Source: Lama guanicoe (lineage: Eukaryota). Taken from it: a stretch of DNA of 64,000 nt. The DNA is taken from NCBI GenBank assembly GCA_013239625.1, contig MU054098.1:1489104-1553103 (forward strand), given 5' to 3'. The stretch's first letter is position 1. Each line of letters opens with the position of its first letter. The position numbers and the translations under genes were made by a program. Below the pieces are notes generated by a model that saw only the letters and a program-made list of their open reading frames with translations, was not told where the DNA came from and searched no databases. Shown piece after piece: positions 37,660-52,927 of the stretch.

Positions 37660-40560
37660 AAAGTACTCTTGCCATTAGAATTGGTATTCCCCTATAAGTA
37701 ATGTATCCTTTCTCTCTGACTTATATTAAGATTTTTCTTTCAGTATTCAAAAGTTTATCATGTGTCTTGGTGTGGATTGTTTTGGATTTCCCTATTCAGA
37801 ACTAGTTCAGCATTCAAATTTGTAAGATTATGTCTTTTGACAAATTTGGCAAGTTTTCAACTATTATTTTTGGAGGGGTCTCCTTTTTTGTCCTCTCCTT
37901 CCTGGACTCTGATGATACAATTGGTGGGTATTTTGCTATTGTCCCACACATAGGTCCTTGAGGCTCTGCTGACCTGTTTGACTCTTTTTTTATCTCTGTT
38001 GTTCGAATTGGCATAAATTCTATTTAACTGTACTGATTCTATCCTCTGTCATCAATACTCTGTGACTGAACCCATCCAGCAAATATTTTACATTGTTTAT
38101 TATAATTTTCAGTATTATTCTATTTTATGACTTCTACTTATTTGCTGAAATTTTTCAATTTCATTCATTTCAAGAGAATTCATAATTTTTGTGGAAGCAT
38201 CTTCATTAAGGATGCTTTAAAATCTCTGTCAGACAGTTCCAACATCTAATATATTATGACATATAATATATGACATCAGTTAATTGTCTTTTCTCATTCA
38301 AGTTGTGATTTTTCTGATTCTTAGCATGATTAAAGATATTTTAATTACATTAGACATCTTGGCTATTTTGTTCTCTTTTGTTGGGAGACTCTGGATCCTA
38401 TTTAAATCTCTTATTTTAACACTCATTCACCCTGCCTAAGTTTTATAAGGAGTTCCTGGCTTTTTTTTAGTCTGTGATTTCAATGATAATTTTCAGAGGC
38501 ATTATAGTGCCATTTTGATTTGCTTGTTTTATCTTCCTGCTGGCACTATCCCCAGGTTGTTACTGCTTGAAGGGTGCTGTCCAGGCTGGGCTGCCTGGTG
38601 CTGATAGGTAGGAGAAGATTATCTCCAGCCCAAAAGAACAAATTGGCTTCCTGTGCCATGCTCCCTGTTGAGTTAGGATCCTCCTTACTTATGTTAATTT
38701 CCCGCTTAGTGTCTCTTGGTAGGGGAGTGGAGACTCAGTCTCACAGAGATGAAGGGGCTTCCTAGGCTAGCTCCTAGTTGTAACATAACATTTTTGTCCT
38801 GTTTCTAGATGCCTTCTGTCTCAGGGGGAGAGTCTCTGCTGTATGCAGAAGAACAATGTTTCCCAAGCTAAGTTGTTGTTATAGCAGGATCCCCTTTGAG
38901 GGTGCCATCAAGCCCCTGATGCTTCTTGGTGGGGGAGTGTATCTAGGTAAGACACTTCTTGCGGGATCCCCCTTGCTGGTTCTCCCCAGGCATGTTGTAT
39001 CTCTAGATGGGGGAAAGGAGTCTCAGGGCCAATAGGGAAGGAGAATGCTTTCTCTAGCCCTTTACTGCCAACATGTCTCTCTGGTAATCCCTTTGTTGTG
39101 CTACAATGCTCCCCTGACAAGATTACCATTTACTTTAAGGGACAATTGAATCTATTTGGGCTGCCTTTTATTGCTAGATTGGAATTCGGGAAATGTTGGT
39201 CCTGGGTTGCCTTCTTGTGCTCTGTGGGGTGTAGTAAGACACCTTACTGGTAAGTTGTTCCTTCATTTTTGAGGTCCCTGATCAGTTCACTTTCCTGTTT
39301 GTACCTTTCAGTGTTCTCATTATTTTGCATTATTTCCAGGGTTTATAGTTGTACTATGCCAGGAGGAACAGGGAGAAATGAATTTATGCCATCTGGTCTG
39401 AACTGGAAGTCTTGTTAACTTTTCGAACACATGGAATATAGTCATAAAAACTGTTTAAATGTCCTTGTTTACTAATTCTATCATGTTGTCAGTTTTGCTC
39501 AATTTCAGTTGGTTGATTTTTTTTTTCTTCATTATGGGTTGTATTATCCTGCTGTTCTTTGTATGGCTGGTAAACTTTGATGGAATGCCAGACACTGTTA
39601 ATTACTTTGTTGAGTGCTTTATATTTTTGTATTCAAAATATCCCTGACCTCTATTCTGGGATACAACAGATAAACTATTTGAAAATATACTGATCCATCT
39701 GGGTCTTTTTAAAAGATCTTTTAGGTGGGGCCAAAGGAGAATTTGTTCTAAGAATAATTATTTTCTACTGATGTGGTAAGATTCTTCCGAGTACTCTAAC
39801 CAATAGCCCATGAATTATGCGGTTTTCCAGTTTAGCTGACTGGAACAGGAACTATTCCCAACTCTGTGAGAGAGCTAGGTCATATTTCTTGTAATCACTC
39901 CACTGACTCATGCAGTTTCATGTAGTTTCTCACATGCATGTAGTGATTACTGCTCTGCTGAATACTCAACGGCAACCATCCACAGATCTCTAGAGTTTGC
40001 TTTTTGTGCAGCTCTATTTTCTCTATCTTCTCTGTCCCACAAACTCTGGCCTCCTTGGTTGCCCAGTATTCTCAACTTTGTGTCATCAACTCAGGGTGTC
40101 AGCTGGGGTTTTCCTGGGTATTCCTCTCTGCCCTGTAGTTTGGTACTTTCTCAATTCAGTAAGGAAAGGCAACCATACCAGCTCTCTGTTTACTGTCACT
40201 CGTTGATCACTGTCTTTTGTTGCCTGATAGCCAGTGTCTTAAAAACCACTGTTTCATATATTTTGTTTGTGACTTTTGGTTATTTCAGTCAGGCGAGTTA
40301 ATATGATTCTTCTTACTCCATCTTGTCTGGAAGAAGTCTTTATATTCATTTTCACAAGATATTTTCAAATATTTTCCATGGGTATAGATTTATACTGATA
40401 ACAATTGATATTTTTCTTTCTTCTTCCTTTAGAAAGATGCTTCAATGTTTTCCAGGTTGCAGTTCTGATAAAAAATGTGGTTATCTTTGTTCTTTGCAGA
40501 TAATGTCTTTTTTCCCTCTTGCTGCTTTTAAGATTTTGCTTTTCATTGCTCATTTTTTAA
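37660..40560 (-). mobile_element. Cluster of old L1 5'/ORF1 fragments
   Basis: ORF1-like remnants (KIIVENLPNL.KD; KQNLKSSKREKRHYLQR) plus degraded 5' UTR tracts. Confidence 0.65.
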
Positions 40561-40564
40561 CAAT

Positions 40565-41022
40565 TTGATTATAGCAGTTTTAGGTTCACACAGCAAAACT
40601 GAAAGCAAGGTACAGAAATTTCCCATATACAGTCTGCCTCTACAGTGTATAGCCTCTTCCATTATGAACATCCTCCACCAGAGTCGTACTTTTCTTATAA
40701 CTGATAAACCTGCATTGACACATCATGATCCACCCAAAGTCCATAGTTTACATTACAGTTGACTCTTGGTGTTGTACGTTCTCAGTCTGGACAAAGGTAT
40801 AATGATATGTACTCATCATTATAGTATTATGCAGAGTAGTTTCACTGCCCTAAAAATCCTCTGTACCCTGCCTAGTTATCCTTGCTCCCCTAACAACCTC
40901 TAGGAACCACTAGTCTTTTTACTGTCCCCATAGTTTTGCCTTTTCCAGAATGTCATATAGTTGGAATCATATAGTTTACAGCCTTTTCAGATTGGTTTCT
41001 TTCACTTAGTAACAGGCATTTA
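40565..41022 (-). mobile_element. L1MC-like 3' end
   Basis: agcagttttaggttcaca...aaggtacagaaatttcccatatac...ttttccagaatgtcatatagttggaatcat. Confidence 0.85.
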
Positions 41023-41319
41023 ACCTCGGTGTCACTTTCTTCATATTTATTTTGGTTGTGGTTCCTTGAGTTACCTGCTCTCACAATTTTTCTAATCCCA
41101 ATGTACTTCCTTCTGTTCACTTAAACTTTTCGCCCATTCTCAAAGGAAGTGATTTAACCTCTTCCTGCTGTTGGTATCTATTTTGGAGATGCTGTTTAGC
41201 CAAAATAGTATTATATACAGAAGTGCATCAAGTAAGATGTAAAACTTAACTACCCTTGAAACATTTCATAATGTAAAACTAGCATTTGGAAAATGAGGCA
41301 TGAGAAAAAAAAAGTAACT

Positions 41320-41530
41320 AATGTTAATTATATATTTATTCCATGCCAGATATTGTGTTTCCTATATTACAGACACTGTATCATTCCATTCTCACGACAA
41401 TCTTGAGAAATATAATTATTTTACATGTCATCAATGAGAAAGCTAATGTTCAAAAACTTGAATAATATTACTTAATTAAGTTTAAAGGCCAAGTTTTGAA
41501 TCTAAAACCTATATGATTCCAAAATCCATG
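41320..41530 (-). mobile_element. MIR
   Basis: tttatt..atgccagata...tctcacgacaatcttgag...aatgagaaagctaatgttca. Confidence 0.55.
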
Positions 41531-42293
41531 TAATTCCTCTGAGTTGTACTTAACTAACAAATGCCTATCTTCTGAAAAGGCACACACCCTTGAGAAAAAT
41601 TCTCCCAGACTATATTCTCTCATATCTAAGACTTTAACATTTCCCAGTGCAATTGGTCTTGCCAAATCTGAAAGCTCTATTTTTTTCAAAGTCTTTATGG
41701 AATCAGTTGTTACTTTGAGTTGCATTTCAATGGTTTAGAAACATATGTAACATTTTAAAAGAACTCTATTAAATAGTATCTGTTTTTTTTTTTCCCAGAC
41801 AAGAGCAACCACAGTAAAGTGTTTGAATAATCCATTATAGGCATTTGCTTACAAAATTGTTGGAAAGCCTGGAAAGACAGGCTCTGGGTGCATCTACAGA
41901 AATAACTTCCAGAATATCTTAAAACTGACCACTCAAGGATGTTGCTACCTCTGTTAAAATCAGAAAGGGAAAGAACCAGAAGGTAGCCTCTGGGATTATT
42001 GAGTTCAAGGACACACTATTATAACTTTGATAGAGGAAATAGGAGGCCATTGACACTACTGCCACAACTTCATCTCAAAACCGTGGAATTTGCATAGATG
42101 CTGGCCGGAATGCTGAACTAGGTTATAGCATGTTTTGAAAGTCAGCATAGCCTAGGGGTTAAGAGCCTATCCTAGAGCCATGTGACTGAAGACGGATCTG
42201 GTTTCTATCACTTACTATCTCTCTAATCCTTTTCTTCCCTGTACCCTCATCTGCAAATTGGGGATCATAATACTAGCCCCTAGGATTAACAAG

Positions 42294-42909
42294 TGTAGTG
42301 TAAGTTTCTGATGCTAAGCCTTTTATTGCCAAGGAATCCATTTCAAAAGACATCCATCTCGAATAAACACATTGCCAGCTGTATGAAGCAGCTACTAGCA
42401 AAACAACCAGATAAGGAATTAGGCCACCCCGACTCTATGAAGCTCCCTCTTCTGAGAAAGCCCTGAGTAACTTAAATAACTGACCACTGTTATAATCCTC
42501 CTTTCGCCCATTCTAATTCTCACTGTTATGTTTTAAATTAACCAAATAAAGCATGAATGCCTGAATCCCTAGAGACCCCACCCTCAGGCCATAATAAAGG
42601 CAGAGCCCTAGGCCTGCCTTCTCCCTCATCCTCTCTTCCTCTACCCATCTCTCCACAGTTTCACTGTATGGCCCATTCATATGCTATGTATTCTTTAGGA
42701 CCTGTGAGTAATAAATCTTGCTATTCAAAGTTATCTGATGTTTTTTGTCAAAAAAATTATAGTGAGAATCACAAGGGCCCAGTCTAGCCACATTAGCTCC
42801 AATAAGGGAAATGTCTTAGGGGCTCCAATGAGTGATATGGGCCCAGGCAAGTACTTCAGGCATTCTTCGCTGATAGCATCACTATCAATAGGCTGGAACG
42901 AACACAACA
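42294..42909 (+). mobile_element. Solo LTR, ERVL-like (MER74/MER73 resemblance), inserted in a MIR
   Basis: TGTAGTG...CACAACA, 616 bp, perfect 5-bp TSD acaag (42289-42293 / 42910-42914), aataaatcttg poly(A) signal near 42710; MIR core immediately upstream (42140-42290). Confidence 0.75.
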
Positions 42910-43019
42910 ACAAGATATAATAAACATAAAGATCTTTATAATAATTAATTAAATTTTACGTATTTTAAGTTTCTCAATTCTAAGTAAGACATTTTTTAAA
43001 ACTCTATGTATTTCTAATC

Positions 43020-43240
43020 AGTGCAGCATATTGATTGAAAGCTCATGTTTTGGAGTTTAACCCACTTGGGTGTGCATAACAGCTCTGCTTCTTACTCGCT
43101 TTGTGGCCTTAAGCAAACCTCAATCTTTCTGAGCTTTAGTTGCCTTACCTGTAAGAAGTAGTTAATAATAGTACTTGCATCTAAAGTCTTTCGTACAAGT
43201 CCTCATAGATCAAAAGCACATAATAAGCACAAAATAAATG
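43020..43240 (+). mobile_element. MIR
   Basis: cagctctgcttcttactcgctttgtggccttaagcaaa...ctgagctttagttgccttacctgtaa. Confidence 0.7.
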
Positions 43241-44359
43241 TGTCTAAAACTATTGAGTCTGTATAAACGTTCCACTTTGAATTTTAAAAACCACAAAGAT
43301 TCTCTCAAATAAGTATCTTGAGATAAAGACCCACTAATCCTTAAGAGTCTGGCTGCAGTGTGCAATAGGGATACCCAGTATTCAGTTTAACAAACCACCA
43401 AATATTCTTGGAATGACAAAGCTAAAGATAATTTTTTTCTACCAACTATCCTTGAGATATGCATAATAGGAAATGTTTCTACAAGAAAACTCCCAAGAGA
43501 ATTTATCAGGATTCCCTGCAAATAAAATTCTGGACCCCAAACCAAGACCCTATTCAAAAATATACCTTGCATAATAACTATCATCTAAAAAATGTTATTA
43601 GCTCTACTCTTTTCCAAAATCAACACTATATTTAAAATGTTTAAATAGTCTAAATAGAGCAGATGGAGAGATGCTAAACCATATGTGATCTTCTATTAGG
43701 TTTATGCTTAATGAGAAATTAAGTATGAGACAGTATTTCCAGTATGTTTAAAACTTCTCTTTAAATAATTTTGAGGGCTAAGGTTTGTATGTGTTTTTCA
43801 AACCTCACAAAATTTTCCTCACAAAAATCAGTTCTTTAGTTATTTAAAAATATTTATTTTGATCAGACGAAAACTCTTAGAATTTTGCTACTGTGCTGTT
43901 ATTTCTTCTATTTTTGTCAACCCTCAACACTGCATTTGCCACATTTCTAACTGATGTCATGGTACGCCCACTGACTGTAACGTACCTACATGCTATCCAC
44001 AAGATATCAATGGATTACACAAATAGAAAAAGAAGTCTTTCTTCCACTAAATGGTATTTTAAACTTCCATCTTGCCTGTGAAATTTAGCAATAAAAAGTT
44101 ACTGTTCTTTTATGCCTTCTTAACAACCTGGAGTTATTAACTAGAGTGACTCTTTAGCTCTATTATTTTTAAAACTCTTCATGTAGAATCATTACTTATC
44201 CCTCTCTTTGGACTTTCTTGTGCACATTCTAAGGTGAAGCTCCATTTATGCTTGTATAAAGTATTACATCATTAGCTCAGTTTTCACATCTGTAATAGAT
44301 GGGCTAGATTAGATGTATTCAAGGTGCCCTCTAAGCCTTGACATTTTATGGCTATTGTA

Positions 44360-44735
44360 TGAATCAGAATTTGGAGCTGAAAGCAACAGAAACTGATTGA
44401 CTGATTTAAGCTGAAAAAATATTTCACTGAGAACATAGTGAGTAGTTTACAGAATCATTTTTTAAAAAGATGTTAAACTAACAACCAAAGAAAATAAATA
44501 GCAACATGACTATAATCAAAGGCAAAATCTACTATGTAACTTGTGTACTGGGGACACCATTGTCACTGCTACTGGCCACCATAGCTTGCACTGATGCTGG
44601 CACAACTTTTGCTACTGCCCCTGGAAACAGGTTGTTGCTATTGTTACTATTACCACTTATTTTCTCATTCTTTGCTGTTTTTGTCACTAGTTCCTTACTC
44701 TAAATTCCATGTGCAATAGCTTGGCTGAGCTTGTT
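44360..44735. mobile_element. LTR33-like ERVL/MaLR relic (similar relic at ~41810-42110)
   Basis: aagcaacagaaactgattgactgatttaagc...gtttacagaatca, followed by a ctgc/cact-rich tract. Confidence 0.45.
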
Positions 44736-44829
44736 TCCCATCAAGATTCATAAGACAGAATTTCTTAAACATAGAAAGGAGATTCAGGTGCTACACATTC
44801 ATGTGCTGTTTATGTTCTCAGGGCTTCAG

Positions 44830-47800
44830 AGGCTCAGAGGAGCACGCAGCAGCCGGCTTGAGGCAGGCAAGACAGACAGAACAGCACAGATGGTCCCTCA
44901 CTGCACTTCCCATCCTGAGATATGTACCTGCTAGAGCGCACAGCAGCTGGGTGCTCAAACTAGGGCTTTAGCTGACAGACTTGGGGAGAGGACTTGGTTT
45001 GGCTTCTGTGGAGACAGCCCAACGGGTCTGGAGTATGGTCCAGGCTGCAACTAGGGGTGTGTGCAGGATGGAGTCCAGGCCCACCATAGCAGCTCCATTG
45101 TCAGCAAGCACACAAAGGCAGGTACATGACACTAACATAGCAGCCTCATTGTCAGGGTGTTCACAGTGGGTGTGGCTCTGTCCCCAGGAGCTCCAGGAGC
45201 CAGCAGGTGCACCAGCAATTACCCATAAGCAGAGGCAGGGCTGGACTCCGAGCTGATTCCTAGCAGGTGTGTGATTTGGGCAGCTATATGCCAGAGGTGG
45301 CTTTTTGAGCACAATGCCTGGGGGACATCTCAGCTGATTACTGGTGCTCCTGTAGCTGACGGGGGTCATAGCTGAGAAGGGTATGGCGCCAGCAGCAGCA
45401 GGCTATGTGGGCATGCTCATGCAGCGGCTGGGCTGAAATCTGAGCCTATTACTAGCATTCCCACAGTGGAGGTGGGGCTGAGGGCAATGCCAAGAACAGT
45501 GCAGTTTGTGAGTGCACACACTGGGTGGCAGCTGATGTCACAGACAGCACATCCCAGTGGGCAGCTCCTGGGGAAGCATATGAAGTAGCTCCTTTCTTAG
45601 CAGGAGCAGTCCAGTTCCTCTTACCTCATGCTGCAGTTTAGAATCAGATCTGGGAGCTTCTACTCCAACAACTGGAGAGCGGATCCTGTCTCCAACAAGG
45701 CTGTGAAAACCAAAGAGGAAAGAGGACGCCCCATCCAAAATCCAGTGCAGGCTTTGGTCACCATGAAACCAAACACACCCACTATCAAGGGGATAATGAT
45801 CAGCACAGCCTGAGGAAAGATGTGACAGCACCCATACTAAGAACAGCCCTTGCACCGAAAATATTGGACTCATGCAGACTACAAAGTAATGTTCTTACAT
45901 AAAAACAGCCCTTCAAGACCACAGTAGATAACTTTACTCCTAAATTCATAGATTCAGAGAAATATAAGTAAAATGATGAAGAAAAAGAACCACTCCCAAC
46001 TAAAAGAAGGGAAATCTCCTGAAAGAACAAACAATGAAACAGACCTCTCCAGTCTACCAGACCCTGAGTTCAAAAAGAAAATAATAAAATGCTGAAGGAA
46101 TTAATAAAGGCTATCAACAGAAATGCCAATCACTGTAACAAGAGACTAGAAACTATATATAGGTGTCAGTCAAAATTAGACAACTCAATTGCTGAGATGA
46201 AAACTGAGATAATGGCAATAAATATCAAACTAAATAAAGCAGAAGAACAAATAAGTGATCTGGAACTTGGAATAATGGAAATTACCCAATCAGAAGAGCA
46301 GACAGAATGACAAATAAAAAAATGAAAACACATGAAACCTATGTTATAATAGAAAGTATGCCAATCTACACATAATAGGAATTTCAGAAGGAGAAAAAAA
46401 GATGAAAGGGTATCTAAAATATATATGAAGAAATTATGGCTGATAACTTTCCAAACCAAAAAATGAAAATGGATTTCTAGGTACAAGCAGCACAGAGGGT
46501 CTCAAATAAAATGGACCCAAACAGACCTACACCAAGACATATAATTAAAAAAGAAAAATTTGAAGATAAAAAGAGGATTTTAAAGACAGCAAGAGAAAAC
46601 AGAGTTAGTTACAAGGGAAACCCCCTAAGGCTATCAGCTGATTCCTCTACAGAAACTTTGTTAGCCAGAAAGAGGTGGCAAGATATTTTTGAAATCCTGA
46701 AAGAAAAAATTGCAACCTAGGATACTCTACCCATCAAGTTTATCATTTAAAACAGAAGGAGAGATAAAGAATCTCTCATACAAGCAAAAACTAAAAGAAT
46801 ACACAATATTAAACTTATCCTAAAGGAAATATTGAAAGGTCTTCTCCAAATAGAATAGAAGCCATTAAAAATATATGAACAAAATTAATTACCTTCCCAC
46901 CCCAAAGAAAATAAAAATGAATAATTAATAATAAAAAAAGAAAAGAAAAAAGAAAAAAAGCCAGAATCTTTAGGAAAGGGGAAAAAAATCCCAAAAGGAA
47001 GGAATTATATAAAAGAACTGTAGATCACATAAGTAAGCCACTCATGTAGATTTAAAAAGCAATCAAAACATTTTATGACAGCAATTTTAACTACAACAAA
47101 CAGTGAAAGGATAAACATGAAGATGTAAAATAGAACATCAAAATTATAAAAGGTGGAGTACGGTAGTAAGAAAATGTAGATATTTTAAATGTATTTCAGC
47201 TTATATGACTACAAGTCTAAAGCAAGTACATTTGGTAATGGGTTAACATACGTGAAAACCAGGGTAACCACAAGCCAAAACCATACAATAGATTCACAAT
47301 CCTCCCCTCAAAAGAGAACTCAAACATAATACAAAATAAAGTTATCAAACCAAAAAATGAGAAAAAAAGGAACAAAGAAGAAATACAAAATCAACTGGAA
47401 AATGAAGCTTAAAATGTCAATAAATACATATCAATAATGACCTTAAGTGTCAATGGACTAAATTCTCTGATCAAAAGACAGAGTGGCAAATCTGATAATA
47501 AAAAAAAAAAAAGAACCTACAATATGCTTCCTACAAAAGACCCAGGTTAGGGCAAAGGACACACATAGACTGAAAGTGAGGGAATGGAAAAAGATATTTC
47601 ATGCAAATGGAAGTGACAAAGTGGGGGTAGCAGCATTCCTAACAGATAAAATACTTTCATACAAAGGCCATAAAAAAAGATAAAGAAGGGCACCATATAA
47701 TAATAAAGGGATCAATACTAGAAGGGATATTATGCTTGTTAACATATATGCACCCAATACAGGATCACTTAAATATATAAAACAAATACTAACAGATATT

Positions 47801-50800
47801 AATGGAAATTAAAAAAAAATAGTAGGAGACTTAACACCCCACTAACATCAATGGACAGATCTTCTAGACTAAAAAGCTGTAATGCAACTGAGCTCCTAAA
47901 TGACACAATACAACAGTTAGACTTACCTGATATCTTCAGGATACTACATCAAAAAAAAAAAAATGTCTTGCCAAGTGCCCATGGAACATTCTCTACAACA
48001 GACCACATACTAGGACACAAAAAAAACTAACCAAATTTAAGAGGATAGAAATTAGTTCAAGCATATTTTCTGACACATGGCATGAAACTAGGTATCAACC
48101 ACAGAAAAAGAAATAATAAGTGATTATATGGGGACTAAAGAGCATGCTACTAGACAATCAATGGGTCAATGATGAAATCAAAGTGGAAATTAAAAAACAC
48201 CTCAATACAAATGACAATGAAAAGACAACCATGCATCATCTATGGGATGCAGCAAAAGAAGTCCAGAGACAGAAGTTCATAGCAATACAGGCCTTCTTCA
48301 AAGAACAAGAACAATCACAAATAAACAACCTAATTTACCACCTAAAAGAATTAGAAAAAGAAGAACAAACAAAACATAAAGTCAGCAGAAGGAAAGAAAT
48401 AAAGATCAAAGAGGAAATGAATAAAATAGAGATTTTTAAAAAATAGGAAAAAAAGCTTAGAGATTTTTTTTAAAGGATAAACAAAAGCAAGAAATCTCTG
48501 GCCAGGCTCAACAAGAGAGGACACAAATAAAGAAAATAAAAAATGGAAGAGGAGAAATAACAACCAACACTACAAAAAAAAACATAAGAAAATAACTATG
48601 AAAAAGTATATGCCAATAAGTTGGACAACACAGAAGAAGTGGACAAGTTTCTAGACACATACAGACTGTCAAAACTGAATCAGGAAGAAATAGATAATTT
48701 GAACAGTTTAATCACCAGAAGTGAAAAGGAATCTATAATCTAAAAAACCCTCTGCAAATAAAGGTCCAGGACCCAATGGCTTCATTGGGGAATTCCACAA
48801 AAGATACAAAGAAGAATTTGTATTGATCCTTCTTAAACTCTTCCAAAAGACTAAGGAGGAGGGAACACTCTCAAAGTCATTCTATGAAGGACCATCACCC
48901 TGATACCAAAAACCGAAGACACTACCAAAAAAGAAAATTATAGGCCAATAACTTTGATAAATATAGATCCAAAAATCCTCAACAAAATATTAGTGAACCA
49001 AAACCAACAACATATAAAAAGAATTATACACCATGATCAACCTGGATTCACCCCAGGGTCACAAGGGTGGTTCAACATACAAAAAACTCAATGTGACAGA
49101 TCATATCAATAAAAGAAAAGAGAAAAATCACATGATTATCTCATCCCAATAGATACATAAAAAGCGTTTGATAAAATTCAACATTCAGTCATGATAAAAA
49201 CTCTCACCATAGTGGATGTAGAGGGAATATAACTCAACATAATAAAAGCTGTTTAAGACAAACCCATACCAACATAATACTCAATGATGAAAAGCTGAAA
49301 GCCTTTCTGTTAAAATGTAGAATAGGACAAGGATTCCCACCCTCCCCACTTCCATTAAACATGTTATTTGAAGTCCTAGTCACAGCAATCAGACAAGCAA
49401 AAGAAATAAAACGGCATCCAAATTGGAAGGGTAAAATTGTCATTGTATGCAGATGACACAATCTCTGTATAGAATGCTCTAAAAACTTCACACAAAAACT
49501 ATTATAACTTATAAAAGTATTTGGCAAAGTAGCAGGATACAAGATTAACATACAAAAATCTGTTGCATTTCTTTACACTAACAATGACGTATCAGAAAGA
49601 AAATACAAATAAACAATCCCTTTTAAAATCATGTAAAAAATATTTAGGAATAAGCCTCACCAAGGAAGTAAAAGACTTAAACTCTGAGAACTATAAAACA
49701 CTGAGAAAGGAAATTAAAAATAATTCAAAGAAATGGAAAGATGCTCCATGTTCTTGTATTGGAAGAATTAATATTGTTAAAATGAACATAATACCCGAGC
49801 AATTTACAGATTTAATGTGATCCCTAGCAAATTACCCGTGACTTTATTTTTTTTTTTTACAGAACTGTAACAAATAATCCTACAATTTATATGGAATCAC
49901 AAAAGACCCAGCAATCCTGAGGAAAAAGAACAAAACTGGAGGCATTACCCTCCCAAACCTCAGCCAATACTAAAGAGCTACAGTAATCAAAACAGCATGG
50001 TATTGGCACAAAAGCAGACATATGGATCAATGGAACCGAATAGAGAGCCCAGAAATAAACCCACATACCTATGTTCAATTAATCTTTAACCAAGGAGGCA
50101 AGAATATGCAATGGAGAAAAGACAGTCTCTTGTAAGTGGTGTTGGGAAAGCTGGACAGCTACCTGTAAATCAATGAAATTAGACCACTCCTTTACACCGT
50201 ACACAAAAATAAACTTAAAATGGCTTAAGGACTTCAATATATGGCATGACACCATAAAAAACGAGAATTGAACATAGGCAAAACATTCTCTGATGTAAAT
50301 TGCAGCAATACTTTCTTAGGTCAATCTCCCAAGGTAAACGAAATAAAAGTAAAAATAAACAAATGGGATATAATTAAACTTATAAACTTTTGCACAGCAA
50401 AGGAAATCATCAACAAAACAAAAAGACAATCTACAGACTAGGAGAAAATATTTGCAAGCAATGTGACTGACAAAGGCTTAACTTTCAGAATATACACAAA
50501 GCACATACCACTCAATAGCAAAAAAAATTAGCAAGCCAATCAAAAAATGGGCAGTAGACCTAAATTTCTCCAAACAGGACACACAGATGGCCAACAGGCA
50601 CATGAAAAGTTGCTCAAAATCGCTAATTTTCAGAGAAATGCAAATCAATACAATAAGATATCACCTCACATTGGTCATAAGGCCCTTTGTTAAAAAGTCC
50701 ACAAACAATAAATGCTGGAGGGATGTGAGAAAAGGTAACCCTCTTACACTGTGATGAAGTAATTTGGTGCAGCCACTATGGCAAACTGTATGGAGATTCT

Positions 50801-50982
50801 TTAAAATCTAAAACTAGTTACCATATGATCTAGTAATCTGAATTCTGAGCACATATCTGGAGAAAACATTAATTCAAAAAGATACATGCACCCCAATGTT
50901 CATTAGCAGCACTGTTTACAATAGCAAAGACATCAGAGCAACCTAAATGTCCATCAAAAGATGACTGGATAAAGAAATTGTG

Positions 50983-51017
<35 letters not shown>

Positions 51018-51473
51018 GCAACACTACTCAGCCATAAAAAAGAATGAAATAATGCTATTTCAACAACATGGATAAACATAGAGATTGTCATACTAACTGA
51101 AGTAAGTCAGACAAAGAAAGACCAGTATCATATGATATAATTTATACATGGAATCTAAAAAATAATGATAGAAATGTACTTATTTACAAAGCAGCATCAT
51201 AAAAAATAAATTTATGGTTACCAGAGGGGAAGGGGGTGGGTGAGAGATAAATTAGGAGTTTGGGATTAACAGATATACACCATTATATATAAAATAAACA
51301 GCAAAGACCTACTGAATAACACAGGGAACTATATTCAATATCTTATAATAACCTATAATGGAAAAGAATCTGAAAATGTATATATACACACACACAGATA
51401 TAATTGAATCATTTTACTGTACATCTGAAACTAAAACATTTTAAGTCAATTATACTTTATTAAAAAAAAAAAA
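44830..51473 (+). mobile_element. Near full-length decayed LINE-1 (5' UTR, ORF1, ORF2, 3' UTR, poly(A))
   Basis: GC-rich 5' UTR to ~45970; ORF1 remnants (MDPNRPTPRHII...KGNPLRLSADSSTETL); ORF2 from ~47414 with endonuclease remnants (WKKIFHANG, HLWDAAK), RT motif YADD at 49446-49457 and C-terminal region; 3' UTR with (CA)n and A12 tail; many stops and frameshifts. Confidence 0.97.
50984..51014. repeat. (CA)n microsatellite in the L1 3' region
   Basis: About 15 CA units. Confidence 0.95.
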
Positions 51474-52927
51474 CTCTAAGAAATCCAACCAATCAAGGAG
51501 GGTGGACAGATGAAACAAGAACTGCAGAAAATGGGTAGCAATTGAAACCAAATGGCCACACGGGAGTCTGGTAGTTCTTACTCTTCTGTGTATGTATTTT
51601 AAAATGTCCATAATAAATGTTACTGAATTAAATATATGTCACCTCCTAGGGATTAGAAAAATAAAGTCAGCTTAGTATTGGTTTCTCTCATAAAGTTAAA
51701 ATATATATCTTCCAAAGGAAGAAATTAACACACTGTGATAGAAATACATGTATTTCAAAGTCAGCCTAGTATTTCTCTAATTAAATTAAAGTAGACTTGA
51801 CTCTAAAATAATAAAATTAATTTAAAGTATACTGGTAAATAAAATAAATATACAGAAAATAAAATATGTTCACATAATGGCACAAAATGCATTTAAAGTA
51901 CAAAAATATAAGACATTTATTTGTATATCTTGTCTGAAGAGCATCTTAACAGAAGAATCTCAGTGACTAGATGTGTGCAGATGTTTCTACATCCTTGATT
52001 TTATCTAGGGTGTGTCTGTAACAGATAGAGAGCTTACCAGCACATTAATAAAGACATATTTACTTCAATTCCTTTAACCTAATGTATCATGTCTGTCTAC
52101 CAAGAAAAATGTAAAAGGCATACCAAAAGGGAAAAAAGAAACAAAAACAAAAACAGAAACAAAACACACAGTTTGACGAGGCAGAAAAAGCATCAGAAAC
52201 AGGCTCACATATGACAGACATGATGGAACTATCAGAATGGGAATTTTTTAAAAACTTGATTAACAAGCTAAGAGTTCTAATGGATGAAGTTGACTAACGT
52301 AAAGGATCAGATGGCAATGTAAGCAGAGAGATAGAAATTTTAAGAAAGAATAAAAAAAAGTTTAGAGATCAAAAACACCAACAGAAATGAAGATTGCATT
52401 TGATGGGCTCCTCAGTAGACTAGACATGGCCGAGAAAAGAATTTTTGACCTTGAGGAATGTCAATTCTAACTTTCAAAACAGTAAAAAAGCAAAGAGAAA
52501 AAAGACCCAAAAAGATACAGAACTGAATATCCAAGGGCTGAGGGACAACTACAAAAGATATAACAAATGCATAATAGGAATACCAGAGGGGGAAAAAAGA
52601 GAGAAAGAAACAGAAAAAAATATTCCCGGCAGACTAGGAAATTCTCTAAAGTAATGTCAGACACCAAACCATAAATCCACAGACACAGGAAGCTCAGAGA
52701 ACACCAAAAGTAATTACATCTTGGAAGATCATATTCAAACTGCAGAAAAATCAAAGATAAAGGGAAAATCTTGAAAGAAGCCAGAGGTATAGCTATAGAG
52801 AAACAAAGATAAGAATTACATTCTACTTCTCCTCAAAACCATGCATGCAAGAAGGGTGTGAAGTAAAATATGTAAAATGTTAAAGAAAAAAACCAACCAA
52901 CCCACAATTCTTTACTTAGCAAAATTA

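Noticed and set aside
41781..41820. 15-nt microexon-like pattern tttcccag|acaagagcaaccaca|gtaaag
   Set aside because: Weak donor (ACA|gtaaag), the pyrimidine tract is a bare T run, and it lies at the edge of an LTR relic.
44830..51473. Retrotransposition-competent L1
   Set aside because: ORF1 and ORF2 are broken by numerous stops and frameshifts; no TSD identified.
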